Assembly (NCBI RefSeq): GCF_009914755.1
Contig: NC_060931.1
Origin: the human T2T-CHM13v2.0 reference genome, Homo sapiens
DNA length: 64,000 bases
Direction: 5' to 3' (one strand)
The stretch's first letter is position 1. Every line of letters begins with the position of its first letter. Below the pieces are notes generated by a model, which saw only the letters and a program-made list of their open reading frames with translations, had not been told where the DNA came from and did no database searches. This document shows, piece after piece, positions 40,514-54,319 of this stretch. The translations under genes were made by a program, and so were the position numbers.

Positions 40514-40808
40514 TATAAATACTAAAGCTGCCGGCCATTGTGATTGCTTTTACTTTGGGACTGTTTATAAAAGTGAGGGAGTCTGTGGCCTTTCAAAGAG
40601 TGTGGATTTCACATTGGAAGCCTCTGTGTTGTTATTCTATAGGAAATTAACTGGAGTATTTTTTAAGTTTGTCTTATTTTTGATCTGATGAATCCAAGGA
40701 GTGGAGCAAGAGGCAGATTTTGGACACGGTTATGAGAATGACAGAAACTGCCTAAAGCATTTATGCTCTGGCATTCGTCCCTGTTTCTGGAGGTCCAGTA
40801 AGGTAGGC
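40514..40808 (+). promoter_or_regulatory. Candidate TATA promoter and non-coding first exon
   Basis: TATAAATA 40514-40521, TATAAAAG 40566-40573, then about 200 bp of unique sequence ending at AG|GTAGGC (exon end 40802). Motif evidence only. Confidence 0.35.
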
Positions 40809-40809
40809 A

Positions 40810-40985
40810 ACAGCCATGTGTAGCTATTTAAATTAAAATTAATTAAGATTGAATAAATTAAAAATTCAGACCCTCAGTCATACTAGCCACATTTCAGTTG
40901 CTCAACATGTGGCTACTAGCTACCATATTGTACAATACAGATATGGAACATTTCCCTCATTGCAGAAAGCTCTAGGCAAGGCTAC
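40810..40985. mobile_element. MER33/MER3-type hAT MITE fragment
   Basis: CTCAGTCATACTAGCCACATTTCA...ATGTGGCTA...GAACATTTCC...TGCAGAAAG. Confidence 0.8.
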
Positions 40986-41410
40986 TGATATTCTTTTGTT
41001 ATTGTCCTCAAAAGAATAGACAAATACTGGATGTTTTTTGCTCATGCTACCTGAAAACCTTAGGAAGTGTTATTCACTAGCATTGATTGTGCAATGTGAC
41101 CCAACAAACATTTATTTAACATTTACCCTATGTTAGATAGATATATTTTGCAATGCTGCAATGTTGTGTTACCAAAGTTTAGGAGCCAGGGCAAACTAAT
41201 ATACACATTGGATAATGTGTTTGATGGACATCAACATGGTCTTGAAATTGAATCTACATGTTGCGTATTGTAAGAATCAATCTATACCACTAAGATTTTG
41301 ATAATTAAATGTAATTATTCAGTCAGTCCTAATTTCTCCGGATCCATTTTTGTGTAATGTGTTGCCCTTTTCATCCTGTTTTCCGTTTTGTTATTTATAC
41401 TGCTTTTTAG

Positions 41411-41412
41411 CT

Positions 41413-41447
<35 letters not shown>

Positions 41448-41449
41448 TT
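41411..41449. repeat. (TTTA)n microsatellite
   Basis: Directly visible. Confidence 0.9.
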
Positions 41450-42108
41450 ACTACCTTAGGTGTTTCATTTCACTCATACAGGGAGGGATGCTCACCTTGT
41501 CAAACTGTGACCCTCCATTACCCGTGCAAGGATTGCTTGAACTAGGCTTCTCACCTTCCTCATATGGTGCTAGTTCTCAAGTTTTGGCTCCCATTGAGAA
41601 TATCACATTTACACACTGACTGAATGGGCTGTGAGAAGATAATTTGCTTGTCTAATATTTGTGTCAACATTCAGGAGTTTTGATTACATTTATATGCCGT
41701 CAAGGCAGCTTGGTGAAAAATGAAAATTTCAGGCAATTTTGTCCTTTTCTCAACAGAGCGTATGTCCATCTCCAGGTGGCTGGTGTTGGGTGGACAATAA
41801 ACAGATTCAATTCTACAGTTATTGAACATGTCTATGTGCCATGCCCCTGTGCATAGTACCTGTGGGGACAAAGGTGCATTCAAAACAGCCCATGCTTTTG
41901 AGGAGTTTTCATACTAGCAGTAAAAAAAATACACATTTAAACAAAAATCCCAGTGAACATTTCCTGTTGCCAAAACGTTTTGAAACCATGGATGGTCTGT
42001 GCCGAAACTGGTTGAGCATTAGTGTGTGTGATTTAATGTGATGAAACACATTTCACACGGAGTTAGGGAACTAATATGATTTTTTTATAGACTCATCTTT
42101 CTGTAGGA

Positions 42109-42478
42109 CAGTGGTTATCAAACTTGGCTGCACATTAAACTCTCACGAAGGGCATTTTTTTAAAAATACTACTCTTCAGGGCCAACTCCTGAATAGTGGT
42201 TGTCAAAGTATGGTCCACAGACACACAAAACCTTGGAACTTGTCATAAATGCAGATTCTCAGGCCCTGGTCCAGACCCCTGACTCAGAGACTGGGTTTGG
42301 GGTCCACCAATCTGTGTGTTAACAACTCCTTCAGTGATTCAGATATTTAGAAATTTAAGAACCACTGCTCTAGAGACTGTGATTTAATTGGTTCACAGTA
42401 GGATCTACATTTTGATCTTTTTAAAGGCTCTTTTTAAAGGTGACTCTAATATGTAGACAGATTTGAGAACCACCGCTC
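42109..42478. mobile_element. Nested MER5 elements (MER5A1-like at about 42196-42368 inside MER5B-like)
   Basis: Two CAGTGGTT-type left ends and two AGAACCAC-type right ends in nested order. Confidence 0.7.
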
Positions 42479-42715
42479 TAACAGAAAAGTTGCTCAAGCT
42501 TACTTTTTGATTAGGAACTGTTCAGGTTGGTGTGACGTCAGAGAACCAGTTGTTTCAGCTGTCCTTGGATTGTGGTCAAACTGTCTGGCAGGGATTTTCA
42601 TGCGTTTCAAGTACATGAGGGGAAGAATCCACTCACTCTAGACTAGTGTGTGTGGGAGCAAACTTTAGTGTTGACCAAAACCCATTGGGAAATAATTCCT
42701 AAACTGAGGTAGACG

Positions 42716-42950
42716 AGTGCTACTCAAACACAAATGTTCATACAGATCACCTGGGGATCTTGTTATTATACATGCAGAGTCTGCCAAGGTAGGCCTGGGC
42801 TTGGCCCGAAAGTCTGAAAGTCTGCAATTCTAACAAACTCTGAGGTGCTGATGTTGTAAGCTCTGGAACTTTGAGCAGTGAGTTAGAAATTATGACTCAG
42901 GTCCAACCCCGGATATACTGAATAAGGATCTGCATTTTAATAAGATCCTT
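42716..42950. mobile_element. MER5 fragments
   Basis: GATCACCTGGGGATCTTGTTA...TGCAATTCTAACAA; TCTGCATTTTAATAAGATCC. Confidence 0.65.
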
Positions 42951-44324
42951 ATTGTCTAAAGGGACTCTATATTCTAGAAAAAGAGAAAGCATTCTCATCT
43001 CTGGAAGACACAGCCTGGCTATGAATTTCTGTTGTCTGTATTGCCAGTCCTAATCTTAGAATTAATTGTAGCTTGTCTGATTCCAAATGTTTGTTCTGTT
43101 GTTTACAGGTTTGTTTTGTTTAGCTCCCAGGAGGAGGATGCACAAGGCATATTCATGTGACTGAGTTCCCGGGGTTACTAATGTGACAGAAACAATTGTT
43201 TAAAAAGAATTTCTTTGGATTTGATGTCTATTCTTAAAAAATTTCACCTTGAGACAAATTCTCTGGAGGTTTGCCAAATAGGAAAAGTGACTGAGTGAAG
43301 TCAGAGCTTTGATATCTGGAGAGGGTGTTTTAAATGGAAACTACTTCAGAAAATAATAAGCAATTGGGTTGGAAATTGAAATTCGTTAAAATAGATAAAC
43401 TCAGAGAATATTTGAGTGGCCTATGTGTCATCAGAAAAGTTAATTTCTTTCATAATAAATGTGGTATATTATTTAAGCTAAAAATAACAAAATGTGAAAT
43501 TTCAGTATCCCTATATATCACATTAAAATATTAATTCTCTAATTTTAAAGCACCAAATAAATAGCTGCATCACATTAAGTATTTCATTAATAATTTGAGG
43601 GTTTTTTTGGACTGATTTTTGGTTTCTACTGAGAAGACATACCCATGTCAAATTAATTTCCAAACAAACATTTATGCAATTCTCTAGTGAATATTACATG
43701 TTAAAAATCTGCCTTAGTTCAAATGATTCACACATGTTAAAGCTGAAATTGACAATGGACTTTAATGTGTTTTTGTCATGTTTACTGTTTGGAAATCAAA
43801 CTACATGGAACATAATTATCTAAATTGCAGGATTTTAATATGATGAATTCATAGGATTTAGAGCTGGAGGAGATATTAGATTTTGAATCCAATCCCTTCA
43901 TTTTGTATGTGGGGAAGCTGAAAGCCAAAAAGTTTTCATGCCTCTTCCAAAGTCCCAGAAAGGAGGATTTAGGGTGTGATGTGCTGGGGCCAAAAGAGGC
44001 AGGCAAGGCCATGAACGTCCTGCTCAGGAGCTTGTGCACGCCCGCTTTCACCTTCCATGGAGAGCCAGCCCTCTCTCCAGCATGGAAAACAACCACTAAA
44101 ACACCACCTTTAAAGACCAACGTGGAAAATTACTTTAGGAGAACAGAAAACCACATCTGTTTGGCTTTGGACCCACAAGAATTACATAAATCACCTCTTG
44201 TTTGCCCACCAATTATGGTGATTAAATTACTATAAAAATCAAACTTGAAAGAAAAGCAATGCTGTTCACAGAATGATGGCGGAATATAGGGTTGCTCTCC
44301 CATCACCCCTCACCAATATTTTTA

Positions 44325-44508
<184 letters not shown>

Positions 44509-45999
44509 GAATTAGTTATAGCTTATCTAATTCCAAATGTTTGTACAATATATGTTTAGTAAGCAGACTACGATGAACCTTATTTATTTGGGTAAGTGCG
44601 ATTGGTTCTGGACTGCCCCAATTCATAGGCATAATTTTTGAGGCCAGTTGAAAATTTGGGCCCTCACTTAAATGTTGGCACAGTTAACTAAGACCCAATA
44701 GAAAAACAAAGTAACATATGATTACATTTCATTTTACAAGATAAAAGCAATAAAACATTAAGAAATACTATAACAATAAATCAAGAGGGGGAAATTAGCC
44801 AGCCTTTATCTAGTTAACATTTGAGGATTTTAATGTAGAGAGGCTCTTACCTCTGGTTTTCTAACTTTGCCGATGTAAAAATACATGAACACCTAATAAA
44901 TGCATATGTGCTTTTTGATTAGGTTGCTTCACACAAATATTTGCATGGTTGCTGAAGATGAACAGGAATTTTATATTGTGTTGGACCTTCTATGAGGCAG
45001 TAAAATAATAGGATTGATATAAATATCTAGTTTGGCCTCCCTGTGGCCAATTTCTTACTTTCTAAAACTTTATGGATACAATCCAAAATATACACATGTA
45101 CATACATATTTAACTTAATGTTATTGCAGATAAGAATTTGAGAAATGTGGACCTGATTAATGTTAATGGGATTTTATAGTATTTTTTGCACAAGTGTTCA
45201 AAAATAAAATTTAAATATATGCAAAGAAAAACACACATTTAATTTACATTGGCAGTAAAAGTGGAATAAAATAAATATAGTTTTAGAATAAAAATCAGGC
45301 AACCTTGCTAATAAGAGAATAATAAATAGCTCAAAAGAACAGTTGCTTTTTTATGATTCCAATATTTCCATTTGGAATGCTATAATGTGGCTCAAATGTA
45401 TAAATTAAACAGTGTTATTCTAGTACCTAATGATAGCAAGAATAAACATAAGGCTTCATCCTGTTTTCTTTATCTACAAGTCTTCTATTAAAGATGTGAG
45501 CCTGGTCTCAGGGGAAAAATAAATGAGAGTCCTGGCAATTTTTGCGTGTGACCAGAACATAGAAGAATATCATGGTTTAACCATCCACCAAACTATTATT
45601 TAAATAAATGAAGATTTATAAGAAAAGAAAATGAATGTATATATTTGGCTCTGTCTCAATCATAGACTTATAGTACAAGAGGATATGTGAAAAATCCATC
45701 TAATGACAGGTATGTGGAAAAATGTTCTTCACAAGTAAGCAATTTCCATTTATAGTAGATATTTCATTTTCTCCCTTTTCATCTCCTCTTTCAAATGCTA
45801 ATACCCCATTGATTAGGGTGGAGGATGGAAGGAAAAGCACTTTCTTAGCCTGCTGGTGGGAGTATTTGTTGATTCTTTTCTGGAGTACAGTTAGGCAATG
45901 GTTATGGAGAACCACAAACTTGTTCCTATCTCTTTCACCTAGGAAATCTCAAAAGCAATGAGAGGCATGCATAAAGATGAATGTTTTTGTAAGTCCATA

Positions 46000-46385
46000 A
46001 AAAGAGAAGCCACATAAATATCCAATAATTGTGGACTAGTAGATAAATTATAGTACAGTATACACACACCATGGAATATGCTATAGCTATTAAAACTCAC
46101 ATTGTAAAAAATCAAATAGAATGGAAACATTTCCATGATAGACTATTAAGTGGGAAAAAGCAGGCTGTAGGACAGAAAATAGTGTATGGTTCTGATTTTT
46201 ATAAAAATAAGTATGTATTTGTAGAAATGAAAGGCTGGAAGAATATACACTGAAGTGTGCACAGTAATTATCTCCGGGCAGGATATGTACTCTGGGAAGT
46301 ATTTCTTCACTGAAATCTTTCATAGTTCCCAAATTTGCAACATGTTTGTCAAATTTTATAACTAGGAAAAAATACATTTTAAAAA
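46000..46385 (+). mobile_element. L1ME-like 3' remnant
   Basis: GATAAATTATAGTAC...ATGGAATATGCTATAGCTATTAAAA...TTAAGTGGGAAAAAGCAG. Confidence 0.6.
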
Positions 46386-47589
46386 AGTTTAGCTCCTCCA
46401 GCCTCTTGTTCTAAGTTACAAAGCTATGAGTTGCCAATCTTGTCCTAAAACATAACTTAGGAATATTTAGCATCTCTCTTTCAGCGAAGTTCTTAAATAC
46501 ACTTCTCTTAAAATTCACATTCATAGTCTCCCCTGTTCTTCTGGGGCAGAACTGTCTTTTTTTTACAATACCTTTGATTTCATGTTGAAACACAATTCTG
46601 AATCCACACCTTGGCTTTCTCATCTCCAGTCTTTACAGTATCTCTTGTCCAGCCTTTTGCTCTTTCCTTCTTTCTTTCTTCTTCTCTGAATCTCTCAGAG
46701 AACATCCCAGGAAAACCTACAGTCCACTACTGGACATGCCTGGAGGCCAACCCACTGTTTCCTTCGACATCAGTGTGGACGTCAGGGGAACCCAGCTTTC
46801 CCCTGGGAATTCTAGCTCTGTAGCTCAGTAGAGCTGCCCCAGTGCTGTGGAGAAATGGACACTTACCCCAAAGCTACTGCATTCCCTTTGGGCATTCTTG
46901 GTCTCACAGTGAAGAGTGAGACTAAGAAGACCTCCTGAAGTGAGTCCATTGAATTAATGGGGACTCTGCTATTCAGAGCTCCCAGTAGCCACACATTCTC
47001 ATCCTTTCCTGGATCACTCAGCATTAGCCTTCATGGTGAATATCATCTGTCTTCTTGTTTTTCTTTTCTTTTTTTTTTTTTTTAAACTTCATTATTTCAT
47101 TTTAATTGATGATTTCATTCATTCAATTATTTACTTTTGATTGATTCCAGTAACATATTCTCCTTGTGAGCTAATTCAAACAATACAGAAGTATATAAAG
47201 TTTGCCCAGATGTAACAACTAACATTATGCATGAACCCATCCAGATATTTGTCTATACACCAAAAATAGTGTGTGCGTGTGTGTGTGTGTGCATTTACAC
47301 ATATGTGTATGGACACGTGTACAGATTTTAATTAGTTTTTTTTTTGCAAAAGTGATAAGCTATTGATAGCAATGTAGGTTATTTTCAGTTTTTCATTATT
47401 ACAACCAATGCTACAGTTATTCCTGGATGGTATCTTTGTGCCACCTGTTTGAGAAAGCCAGACTCTTTCCTGTGCTCTAGCTGCAACCAGCCAAAGCGTC
47501 CATAATTGTAACACTTGCTGTTCATGCCTAGGGTAGGCAGCAACCCACAGAGTGTGAAACTAATACTAGTTGTAATATTTATTGTTTAC

Positions 47590-47745
47590 GGAGAGCTCTT
47601 TATGTGCCTGCTGTGTTACTCTTTTCTACACCTTCGTTTTACAAAGGAGGACACTGAGGCTTAGAAGGGATAATAGCTTGTGAACCATCACAAAACTCTG
47701 AAATATCTGACTCTGACCTCTGCCATTTTTTTATTCCACCACTCC
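47590..47745 (-). mobile_element. MIR
   Basis: TTTTACAAAGGAGGACACTGAGGCTTAGA. Confidence 0.7.
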
Positions 47746-47766
47746 AGCTTCCCTCTGAAACTATAG

Positions 47767-48310
<544 letters not shown>

Positions 48311-48547
48311 TTACTTGCTTTTGCAGTACAGTTATTGCTCCAGCAGTTTTTACCTGTTCAGATAAGAGTTACCCTCATACTTTTTCTTTAAACTTTATTG
48401 GCTGCTATGAAACCTAACAGTGTTTCATGAAATGTTCACTCTCAGCCGATAAAGAGATGGATGTCAGATGCCCTTGCCCCTCCTCTAATGTCCCTTGGCC
48501 ATGGCAGATGTTGCTTGTGATAGGATGCTTTCACACTCAGCCAGCTC

Positions 48548-48935
48548 TGTGGTTTGAATACATTCCCTCCAAAATTCAAGCTGAATCTTAATACCCCTGG
48601 TGGTACTACTAAGAAGTGGGGCTTTCAGGATCTGATTAGACCATGAAGGCTCTAGCCTCATGAATGGATTAGTGTCTAATAAAGGGGTTTGAGGGGGCAA
48701 GTTTGCCTTTCCATCCCTCCCAGCATGTGAGGACCCAGTGTTCATCCCTTCCAGAGGACACAGCAACAAGGTGTTGTCACAAAAGGGGAGACTGGGCCCC
48801 TCACCAGGTACTGAACTTGCTAATGCCTTGATCTTGGACTTCCCAGCCTCCAGAACTATAAGAAATAAATTTCTGTTCTTTATAAATTACCCAGTCTAAG
48901 GTGTTTTACTATAGCAGCACAAATGGGCTTAGACA
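48548..48935 (+). mobile_element. MaLR solo LTR (MSTD/MLT1A-like)
   Basis: TGTGGTTTGAAT...CCTTGATCTTGGACTTCCCAGCCTCCAGAACT...TAAATTACCCAGTCT...AGACA. Confidence 0.85.
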
Positions 48936-49034
48936 GTTGCCATCTGGCAAAGCTCCAGAATCCTTCTCAACCTGGCTTCTAAAATGCCACTGGAAATTAG
49001 TTGGACTTAGCTGAGAGCTGAAACCTGTCATCTC

Positions 49035-49560
49035 TAGATTTATTAAATTCTTGCAAACATGTATTTGCTGAGCACAATGTGCCTGGCACTGTGCTGGGTC
49101 CCAGAGGTTCAACTGTGAATGATACAAACTTGATCCCTAGTCTTAGGGAGCTGGGTGAGGAGGAAGACAGATAATGATTGCACATCTAATTCCAAGGCTT
49201 TGAATGATTGATGTGAAGAAGAGCAGGGGCTACAGAAGCACACCTTGGGGAGACTTTTCCTTAAACGGAGCCCCTAATGATGCATGGGAGCTGGTAGATA
49301 AGCAGGGCAGCGCCCAAGGAGGGCTGCTCCAGGCATAGGTGACAGCACTGCAGAGGCCCTGAAGATAATTCAGGGAACATGGAGAAACCTGGCATCCCTG
49401 GTGCCTGGGCATCCTGGATGAGAGAGGTAAGAAGTGAGTCAATGCAGAGACACATCCAGAGCAAATCAGGCAGCCTTAGGGGCCCTGATAAGAACATGAG
49501 TCCGTTTCCTAAGGCAACAGGAAACCTTGGAAGAATTTTAATTAAGCAACTTAAATAAAA
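49035..49560 (-). mobile_element. L2 remnant
   Basis: TATTTGCTGAGCACAATGTGCCTGGCACTGTGCTGGG... Confidence 0.7.
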
Positions 49561-49714
49561 TTGCCTTTAAAAAAATGGGACTGAAATATAAGACAGTCTT
49601 TATATGGCTTAGTCCCTTTTCATTTTGTATTATTTGAAGAAAAATTTCAGTTCAAAATTTCCCGAGTGCTTAGAGCACAATATGTAAGCCGCTCTAGTGC
49701 TTTCGACTAATACT

Positions 49715-49930
49715 AGCAAACAGTTCCACAGCACTTACATGTACCAGGCTTTACAAATATTATTTGTGCTTTACAATTACTTAACTTGTTGAATTTAGAT
49801 ATATTTGATTTAGGTATTACTAGTAGCCTCATTTTGCAGAGGAGAAAACTGAGATGCAAAAAGGTGAAGTAACTTATTCAAGTTAGCAAGTGGTAGACCT
49901 GGACTCAAACCCAGGCTGCCTGGTTCCGGT
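49715..49930 (-). mobile_element. MIR
   Basis: CATTTTGCAGAGGAGAAAACTGAG...GGTGAAGTAACTT...GGACTCAAACCCAGG. Confidence 0.8.
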
Positions 49931-50169
49931 ATTGTGTGCTGGTGGTGAATGGCTTGCTCCCTTGCTCCCTTCCCTCCAATAGCTTAAAAAGCTGCCTGTC
50001 TTATGCCAGTCCCCCGGCACAACCCCTTCACAGCCACCCCTACAAACTCCTGGTCTCATCCTTTCTTGCCCATTGCAGGAATCATATAATGACCTAGGTC
50101 TTCATCCAGGTATAAGGCCTTTTAGACTTCCGGTTTCGGCAATGAGTTGAGATCTTTTCTGTTTGTCCC

Positions 50170-50631
50170 TGATGGTTAATTTTATATGTCCATTTGGCTG
50201 GGCCATGGGATGCCCAAATATTTGATCAAACATGATTCTGGATATTTCTGTGAGGGTGTTTTTGGATGAGATTAACATTTAAGTGGGTGGATTTTGAGAC
50301 TTCCATAATGTAGGTGGGCCTCAACCAATCAGCTGAGTAGAACAAAAAGACCAACTATCCCCCCAGCAAAAGAGAATTCTACAGCAGACTGTCTTTGGAC
50401 TCAAACCGGAATATTAGCTCTCCTGGGTCTCCAGACTGCCCATTTTGCCTTATGGCTGGAACTGTAGCATCGGCTCTCCTGGGTCTCTAGTCTGCCAGTC
50501 CACCCTGCAGATTTTGGACTTGCCAGCCTCCATTATCATGTGAGACATTTATTTATTTTTTATAATAAATCTCTTTCTCTCAATGCACACAAGCTATTGG
50601 TCTGTTCTTCTGGAGAGCCCTGACTAATACA
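50170..50631 (+). mobile_element. MLT2-type ERVL solo LTR
   Basis: TGATGGTTAATTTTATATGTC...GCAGATTTTGGACTTGCCAGCCTCC...CCCTGACTAATACA. Confidence 0.85.
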
Positions 50632-51974
50632 CCCCTGTATCCCTGGCATTTGGCTTAGAGTATGTGCTTAATAAATACAGGTGAAATTAACGCACCTAGA
50701 ACACCCGCTCACAGAGCCTTTGTCTCAGGCCCCTCTTTTCTCTTGATGCCATAACCATGGCCAGTGGATTTGCCTGGCTTTCTGGCACATGCTTCTGATT
50801 TGTGTCCACTTTCCTCTGTATTTCCTTTCCAGGGATAGAGGCTTCCCTGGACCCAGGCCTCCTGGATGACATCCTGCTTAACCCTCACCAGCTTCCCAGC
50901 TGGTGTTGAGAGCCAGGCTGGTGTTGCCCTGCCCTCATTGCTGAGCTGCCTGAGTTGATTTTGCCAATGCCAGGAGAGCCCACCTACCAGCCCTAACCCC
51001 TCAGGCTGGCTCCTTTTTGATACTGATGCTCCCAGCTAGGAAAAGTTCAGGTTTTCTTCATATCCTTTAGAAATGATGTTTGGATTTTGGTCCAAACCTC
51101 TATCCCTCCCTTGCTATTTCGAGGACAAGCCACATCATAGCTCCTGGCCCTACGTTGCCTCTCTGCTTCTGGCTTCCTCCTTCTCTGATTTCTGCCACTG
51201 CATCTCAGCACACCTGACATGAGATCATTGAAAGGGCAGGTCATACATGTGCTTAACCATTAACAAGGAAGGAGATAAGGACATTAGTGAGGCTCAAAAC
51301 AAGGGCTAAGTGGGGGGTCCAGAGAAGGGCGGGAACACTTTCTACTGGAGGAGGGATGAAAGGGTTCATGGAGTAGCTGCATTGTCCTGGGCTTTGGAGC
51401 TAAGCAACATTTCAGCAGGAGGAGCTAGACATTGGAGGGTGGACACAGACACCCAAAGTGCAGTATGAGGTCAAAAGCAGCAAAGAATGCAAGGAGCCCA
51501 GAGGATGGGGTGTCCTTGCGGATGGAGAAAGGAGTGGAAGGGAGTAGTGGGGGGTGAGGCTGCAGAGAATAGGGAGAGTTATTTCATGCAAACTTTTACT
51601 CAGAATGAGCAAAGGAAGTGTTCATTTGGCCTTTGACCAGACCTGCTTCTGTAAAATAGTAATAGTACCTTGTCTGAGAGTTTATAGCACAAAGATTAGA
51701 AAGCAACATTCTTATGCTTGTCTGTTGGTGTTTGGTGTAGGAGCTCTGGACAGAAAGCCTGGAGAACCAGATTCTAGTCCTGGCTGGACTATTAAATAGT
51801 TGGAAGAGCTTTGGGGGTCTGAAATCCCTCATCTGGAAGACAGAGATGGGTGGAGTGGACTGGACAAAGTCTAACATTCTTTTCAACTATGAAATTTTTA
51901 GCGTTTCACATCAATTTTGCTCTTTGGAGTAATTGCAAGTGCAGGGTGATACATTTCTCTATATATTTGTCTAA

Positions 51975-52345
51975 GGATTTTTAAATTACGCAATTTCAAA
52001 CATATACGAAAGTATATTTACCTAATTGTTAAGATCTTGCTTTATTTGCTTCATCTATTCAGTCCTGTCTCCCTCTTTTCGGTTGAATTATTTTAAAAGA
52101 CTGACTTCATGTCATTTTTACCTCTACGTGCTTCAGTGTTCTGAATTATGCAGACATTAAAAAGAAGAATTACAAAATCATTATTACACTCGATGAACAG
52201 AGCTTTGTATCATCCAATATGCAGATCATAACCAAATTTTCCCAATTGTCTCAAGAATATCTGTTTACAGTTGCTTTGTTTGAATTGTGATCTAGTTAGA
52301 GTCCACACGGGACATTTGGTCATTATGTCTCTTTAATCTCTTTTA
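51975..52345 (-). mobile_element. Old L1M 3' remnant
   Basis: AATTTCAAACATATA...TTTGCTTCATCT...CAAATTTTCCCAATTGTCTC...CATTTGGT. Confidence 0.6.
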
Positions 52346-52361
52346 AAGAATAAATATTTTA

Positions 52362-52506
52362 GGCCAGGCACCGTGGCTCACGCCTGTAATCCCAGCACTT
52401 TGGGAGGCTGAGGCAGGTGGATCACGAGGGTCAGGAGATCAAGACTATCCTGGCTAGCACGGTGAAACCCCGTCTCTACTAAAAATACAAAAAAAAAAAA
52501 AAAAAA
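52362..52506 (+). mobile_element. Alu left monomer (AluY/Sc type) with its own A-tail
   Basis: GGCCAGGC...GGATCACGAGG...CTACTAAAAATACAAAA(n); TSD AAAGAATAAATATTTTA (52345-52361 / 52507-52523). Confidence 0.92.
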
Positions 52507-53899
52507 AAAGAATAAATATTTTAATGCAAAAGCGGTTTTGTGAAACCAGTAAGAGTGAGCCTACACTGCATTTAAGGAGGCAATATAAACGGCACTGTGA
52601 CCAGTCACCTCTGGGTTGGCTTCCCATCTAAGGGAGGCAGGTACTCTTTCTATCTCTCAGTTCCTTTTTCATGGACTCTTGAGCCCTTAGGACCTATTTT
52701 CAAAGAACTGTGCTGAACTTTAGCTGTTTCTGCATCATTAAAACCAATGGGAACTGAGCAGTTAAAACCCTGGGCAGTGCTTTGAAAACATATCCCCCAC
52801 TGTCCTCTCTTCCCTCTTCCCGTGGAACATTGATCAGAAACAGACCTTTGGAGCTGTCCTCCTTTTACACATTTAAAACGTTTTTCGGTCCTACACAATG
52901 TACTTTATATTCTACCCCAGGAAATTAGTGTAGCCACTGATGTTCTTAGTCTCTTTCTTTAATTTTGACCAGTTTGCCACAGACTCTGATTTAATACTGT
53001 GTTAAGACACATTCCTTTAGAAAACAGGGAGTCAGGAGCCCTGGGCGCTGGTCCTGGCTCTGCCATGCCTGGCCGGTGTACTCCTGGGCAAGGTACGGCA
53101 CCTCTCTGGACTTCCGTGGCTTGTCATTGAAGACCCTGACTAAACTAACCAGTGCATGGAGTTGCTGACCAGAACCTTCTCCGCAGCAAAAGCGTCACGT
53201 GGCAGGCACTGTCTCTGCCGTCTGCACTCCTCCCTCCCCAGTGTCGGTCTCCCTGCGCTGGTGTGGCTCCTCCCATAGGCCCTTTGTACTTCTCAGAGGT
53301 TTGGGCTGTTAGGACCCTGACTTCTCCTTCCTTTCTTCCACGTCCTGCAGAGCCAGTCCTCCTGTGTTCTGCACCCTTTTGTTCTTCTACGTCATGTAAA
53401 GACCGTTTTTTTGAGTTGGAAATGATCTAATTAAGTGAATTCACACCCTAAGATGTAATTAGCTGTTATCAACTTGATGTGCTCTTCCTTTGGGGTCATT
53501 TTAATTTCATTTCATTTTAGTGAAAGGAAATACTTAGCTAATTGATAAAAAAAAAAAAAAGTGGAATTTTAGCTAGCAGTGCCTAGTTGGCTTACAAGGG
53601 TCTTCCTGGTGGCCCTCATATCACAACCCAAAGGCAGCCTCTTTTTCTGCTCATGGATGGTGAGTTTTGAGGGCAGCCAATGAAAGCATATTTGCGAGAG
53701 AATGAAATACCCATGATACCTACTCGGATTTCACAGAGGGGGAGGCACAGAGTGGTGGAGCTGCAAGGAATGCTGGCAGGAGCTGAGGGGGCTCAGTGAC
53801 AAGACCGGTGCAGCCAGAGGTGGCTTGGGAGACCATGGACATGCAGAAAGTCTCTGGTGTACAAAGGGGGAGGGAAGCGGGTGGAGGCGAAGGAACGTG

Positions 53900-54055
53900 G
53901 GTGCTGAGTCTGGCATTTACTGGCTCTGTGAACTTGGACAAGTCACTCAACCATTTTGAGGCTTTTTCATCTGTAAACATGGGGATGGTAATAATACCCA
54001 TCTCATAAGGTTGTTATGGAGACTAAATGAGATAATTAACGTGAAAGTGCCTGGT
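53900..54055 (+). mobile_element. MIR
   Basis: TGTGAACTTGGACAAGTCACTCAACC...CATCTGTAAA...ATAATACC...GGTTGTTATG. Confidence 0.85.
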
Positions 54056-54319
54056 AAAGGTAGGTCCAGGTGTCATCTCCAGAAATTAGTCCCAGGTATT
54101 GGTATTTTGTTTTATTTTAAAGCTCCTCGGGCCATTCTAATGTCAGAGTTTATAACAATTGCAGTAATGTATTCCAGTTCTCTTTCCATAACTCATAGTG
54201 TTGCCAGTGGTCAAGCCTGAGTGTTGGTAGAGCATCAGTTTCTCATTCCAAAAAGAAAATAATGCAGACCAAAGAACCTTATGAGACTTGTGAAATTACA
54301 GAATTGAATGGCCATCCAG

